From: Tubiluchus corallicola | Taxonomy: Eukaryota > Animalia > Priapulida | Assembly: GCA_030141605.1 (NCBI GenBank) | Contig: JAQGDQ010000123.1 | Span: 248,001 to 312,000, forward strand | Length of the DNA: 64,000 nucleotides | Direction: 5' to 3' | Shown: positions 60,901 through 64,000 of the stretch, piece after piece | Layout of the letters: the number at the start of each line of letters is the position of its first letter | Position numbering within the stretch: position 1 is the stretch's first letter | Notes under the pieces: generated by a model | Databases searched by the model: none | What the model saw: the letters and a program-made list of their open reading frames with translations, nothing else | Told to the model about the DNA's origin: nothing | Translations under genes and position numbers: made by a program

Positions 60901-63900
60901 CGCAGGTTAACGTGACTGTGTCTGGATTTACGAGCAGCCCTTCGTCTGGCGTTTTCTCCAACAGTACGTACTCGAGCTCTCCGACATCACCTGGTTTTTC
61001 TGTTCAGAACAATGTAAATAGTAATAAGTCTTCGAGTGTTGCCGAAGTGCAATTGTCTAATCAACTGTTGAACGTATCTCAGACGTCTGCAAACAGAACA
61101 CTAGTTTCATCGTCTGAACTGGGCCTAATGTTGCCATCAAACAGTGCTGGCTCCTCTGCAGCCAATAAAAGTACATTGTTGCAAACAAACGTGATGCCAT
61201 CTGCAGGAGGAAGCCAGCAACAGGCTTACAATAATAAAGCATATGGTCATCCACAAGTGTGTAATGCATTGCAAGCAACAACTACAATGATGAAGGGAAG
61301 CAATTGCTTACCAGATTCGCAAGCAATGTCTCAGGTGAGACACCTGGCTGTAATATATTCCATACATTATATTTTTGTGCATAATATATATTACCATAAG
61401 AAGGTTACCCTAATATATTGGTGCATTTATTGTCGGTATTGAAGTTGCTGCTTCTGCTTACTTTATTCTTTTTTTGAATGCATTTAATAGTTTTTATCTG
61501 GGTATTTTCAGCAGTCTTCGTTAAAATTTTTTGTTTAAATTATTATTGTTAAATGTAAGCAAATCCATTTTATATTCCACAGAAAAACTGTTTTTTACAT
61601 GGCTGAATAGTCTAATTATTGTCAACTAATTTATGCTTCTGTCTTTGTAAGTTTTGACTCAAAATGTCATTTGAAACAATATTAAAAATCACAAGTTTGG
61701 CATTGGTGTTCATTTGTGCATTTTTCAGTAAATTTTTTGTTTGTTTTTCAATCTGATTACCTATTAGCTTATATACTCCAAATGTATAGCATGTTTGCAT
61801 AAATCTCAAGTATGTATGTCAAAAGCTTTGTTAACATCTATATGCTTGGGATCTATGTGTACACTGGTACATCAAGATTTGATTAAGGTAACGTGTTTGT
61901 AATTGTTTTTTGCACGTTTAGTTTTCTGTTTTTCAGTTTGCTGCAACATCTTCAACCAACTCGCCTGTACCTCGACAGCAAATGATGCCAGCTACAGGTG
62001 ATGCTCAATTCAACTCTTGCAGCACGGAATTCCCTATGGTCAGTAGTTGTCCAGCAGTAGGTGGTGCACCCCCACGAATGCCTTTGCCTGCACAAAGTTT
62101 GGCAGGTGGCACAGGCGATACAAGCTCAGCTGGTGGTGCACTTGGTGCAATGATGGCGCGTAATCAAAATGAGGTAATTTAGAAAATTTGAAATTAACCA
62201 TGAAGAATTGTGTTTTAATTTGGTTTCAGTAACAGATAACTTTTTGCATCTCCTAACAGCCGAAATGGAAAGCAGAAACTGGCTGGGTCACATATGAACT
62301 CGCTGTAAACTTCGTTCTGGGAAGAAAATCAGCAAATTCTATAAAGTATTTCAAAATTCGTGGATTAAAGTTATTGATACTTCTTCTTATGGCTTTGTTG
62401 TTCGAAAATAAACTTCTTGGTGATTTAGAAAATATATGCCACCTTCGAAGAAACGCATCATAGTCTCAGAAACTTACAATCATAATGTACATAATTATTA
62501 TTCAGCTGATTCACATAAATGATGTTATTTAATTTCATCCCGCATGTAGTCATTTACAGACGAAGAAATGCTCAATTGCTTAAATTTTGCCTGTCATATA
62601 TTTTGAACTAGTTAGAAGCTTTAAAAAGTTAGATGCTGTCGCCTTCTCAATTAATTTGTGGCTGTTTTGGTAAAATCTTTATTGAATTTTGACAGCCCAG
62701 TCAATCTGGTTCTACTCCAGCTACAGACCCGGAAAAAAGAAAGCTCATCCAGCAACAGCTAGTGTTGCTCTTGCATGCACATAAGTGTGCGCAACGTGAA
62801 CGTCGTTCAGCTACCAATGGCGAGATACGACCGTGTCAGTTGCCTCACTGTAGAACCATGAAGGATGTATTGAATCATATGACCACTTGCCAGGATGGTC
62901 GAAGGTGCTTAGGTGAGTTGCATAATGTTAATATGTTGTCTATAGTGCTTTATATGTGTTAGAAAAATCTATTACCAGATTACAGTTTTGTTTAAAGCTG
63001 TTTCACCTATTTGTTGCTTCAAGAGATGGGGAGAATTTTACCTTATAGCAGTATCGTGTTTCTTTCATGAAATATCATGTAACATTGCCAGTTCCTTAGA
63101 TACTCAGTTTTAATTATATATTTAGCTTGCTTCGGTTAGAATTACTCAGATATCTTTTTACTCGTGTTTGAGAGTGTATAATTGCTTTTGTTTTTAAGAG
63201 CCGCAGAATTGTTTCTGCAGCCAAAGCTATACAAAAAAATTCTGCCAAATTGCGGTTGTTCTAAAGTAACATAGAACTTAAGGAAATCAGAGCTCTAATT
63301 CGGATTCTGGTGAAGCTTTGTGACTTCCCATATTTGAATGCTATCTTATGACTATGCAAAACTCATTTCTGTTTTTAAATTATTAGTCCATTTTGGTGCA
63401 TTTCATTATCACCATAATAAATGTTATCACCATGTTTCTTTGTGCATTCATCGTTGTTTCATCTTAGATAAAGTAGTAGACCTTTAATCTGCCGCTATTC
63501 TTTCTTCATTTGTTTATTAACACTTACAAGCACCTTTTCGTAAGTAATTTTGTACTTTCCAACTTATAATGCTTCCAGTGAATGGTTGCGATGTACATTT
63601 GTAGAGGGCTTATGAGTATTGGCAAGACTGTGTTTGACAGTTCTTAATATTACATTAATTATTATGGTATAACAATTAAGTTCTTTAGCCAATTGAAGTA
63701 CAATTTGAGATTATAAAGTGATGAGTTTTGAAAAATTCATCCCTTGTAAATGCTAGGTCATTGATTGCGGTTTTTATTTATATACAGTTCCTCATTGTGC
63801 ATCGTCACGACAGATTATCACACATTGGAAGAACTGTACTCGGGCAGACTGTCCAGTGTGTTTGCCATTAAAGAATGCATCTGACAAGCGTCCAGTGTCC

Positions 63901-64000
63901 ACGGTGGTGGCTATTACACAACAAAGCCAAATAGGAAGCACTGCTGCTGCTCCGCAATCCGGTACTATTGGAGTATCGATTCAGAGTGCGGAGCAGTTGT
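57899..64000 (+). CDS. CREBBP: CBP/p300 histone acetyltransferase, 5' part (3'-truncated by window)
   Basis: N-terminus [13 protein letters not shown] like CBP/p300; TAZ1 zinc finger [60 protein letters not shown]; exon phases consistent. Confidence 0.93.
58466..59257. mobile_element. Diverged TIR MITE in CBP intron 1
   Basis: Left TTTCGTTTCAGTTT..TTCAGTTTCGTTTTT; right ACGAAAAAACTGAAAC..AAACTAAA in inverted orientation. Confidence 0.5.
60290..60490 (-). mobile_element. SINE-like GC-richer repeat in CBP intron 1
   Basis: Compositional island; CAAAACCAGC motif also at about 49220; carries a copy of exon sequence. Confidence 0.35.
60607..61334 (+). CDS. CREBBP: CBP/p300 coding exon 2 (S/P-rich disordered region, LxxLL motif)
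   Basis: Within ORF 60537-61442; ttttcag|..[20 protein letters not shown]|gtgaga. Confidence 0.85.
61937..62173 (+). CDS. CREBBP: CBP/p300 coding exon 3
   Basis: tttcag|[14 protein letters not shown]|gtaatt; in frame, 237 nt. Confidence 0.8.
62696..62912 (+). CDS. CREBBP: CBP/p300 exon, TAZ1 first half
   Basis: [44 protein letters not shown]. Confidence 0.95.
63788..64000 (+). CDS. CREBBP: CBP/p300 exon, TAZ1 second half (open at window end)
   Basis: [35 protein letters not shown]. Confidence 0.93.

Overview
AT-rich, intron-dense genomic DNA of an invertebrate animal (TTAGGG-type telomere-like repeats suggest a non-arthropod; species not identifiable). Most of the window (<285-54565, +) is the 3' two-thirds of an axonemal inner-arm dynein heavy chain, best matching DNAH3. 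I traced 53 GT-AG exons by hand; all intron phases are mutually consistent (8469 nt, about 2822 aa, linker end through AAA1-AAA6, stalk/MTBD and C-terminus). About 3 kb downstream, a CpG-rich promoter drives a CBP/p300 gene (+, ATG 57899, five coding exons seen, TAZ1 zinc finger, runs off the window). Introns and the intergenic gap hold many non-autonomous DNA transposons (hAT-type with 8-bp TSDs, Tc1/pogo-type, foldback), LINE remnants (CR1, L2, RTE), and mini- and microsatellites. I found no new multi-gene system. The most notable oddities are in splicing: three forced GAG acceptors, a perfect recursive-splice motif at the start of the AAA3 P-loop exon, and a minisatellite abutting the AAA1 acceptor. 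Also notable are a copy of CBP exon sequence inside an intronic repeat and the DNAH3-CBP adjacency.
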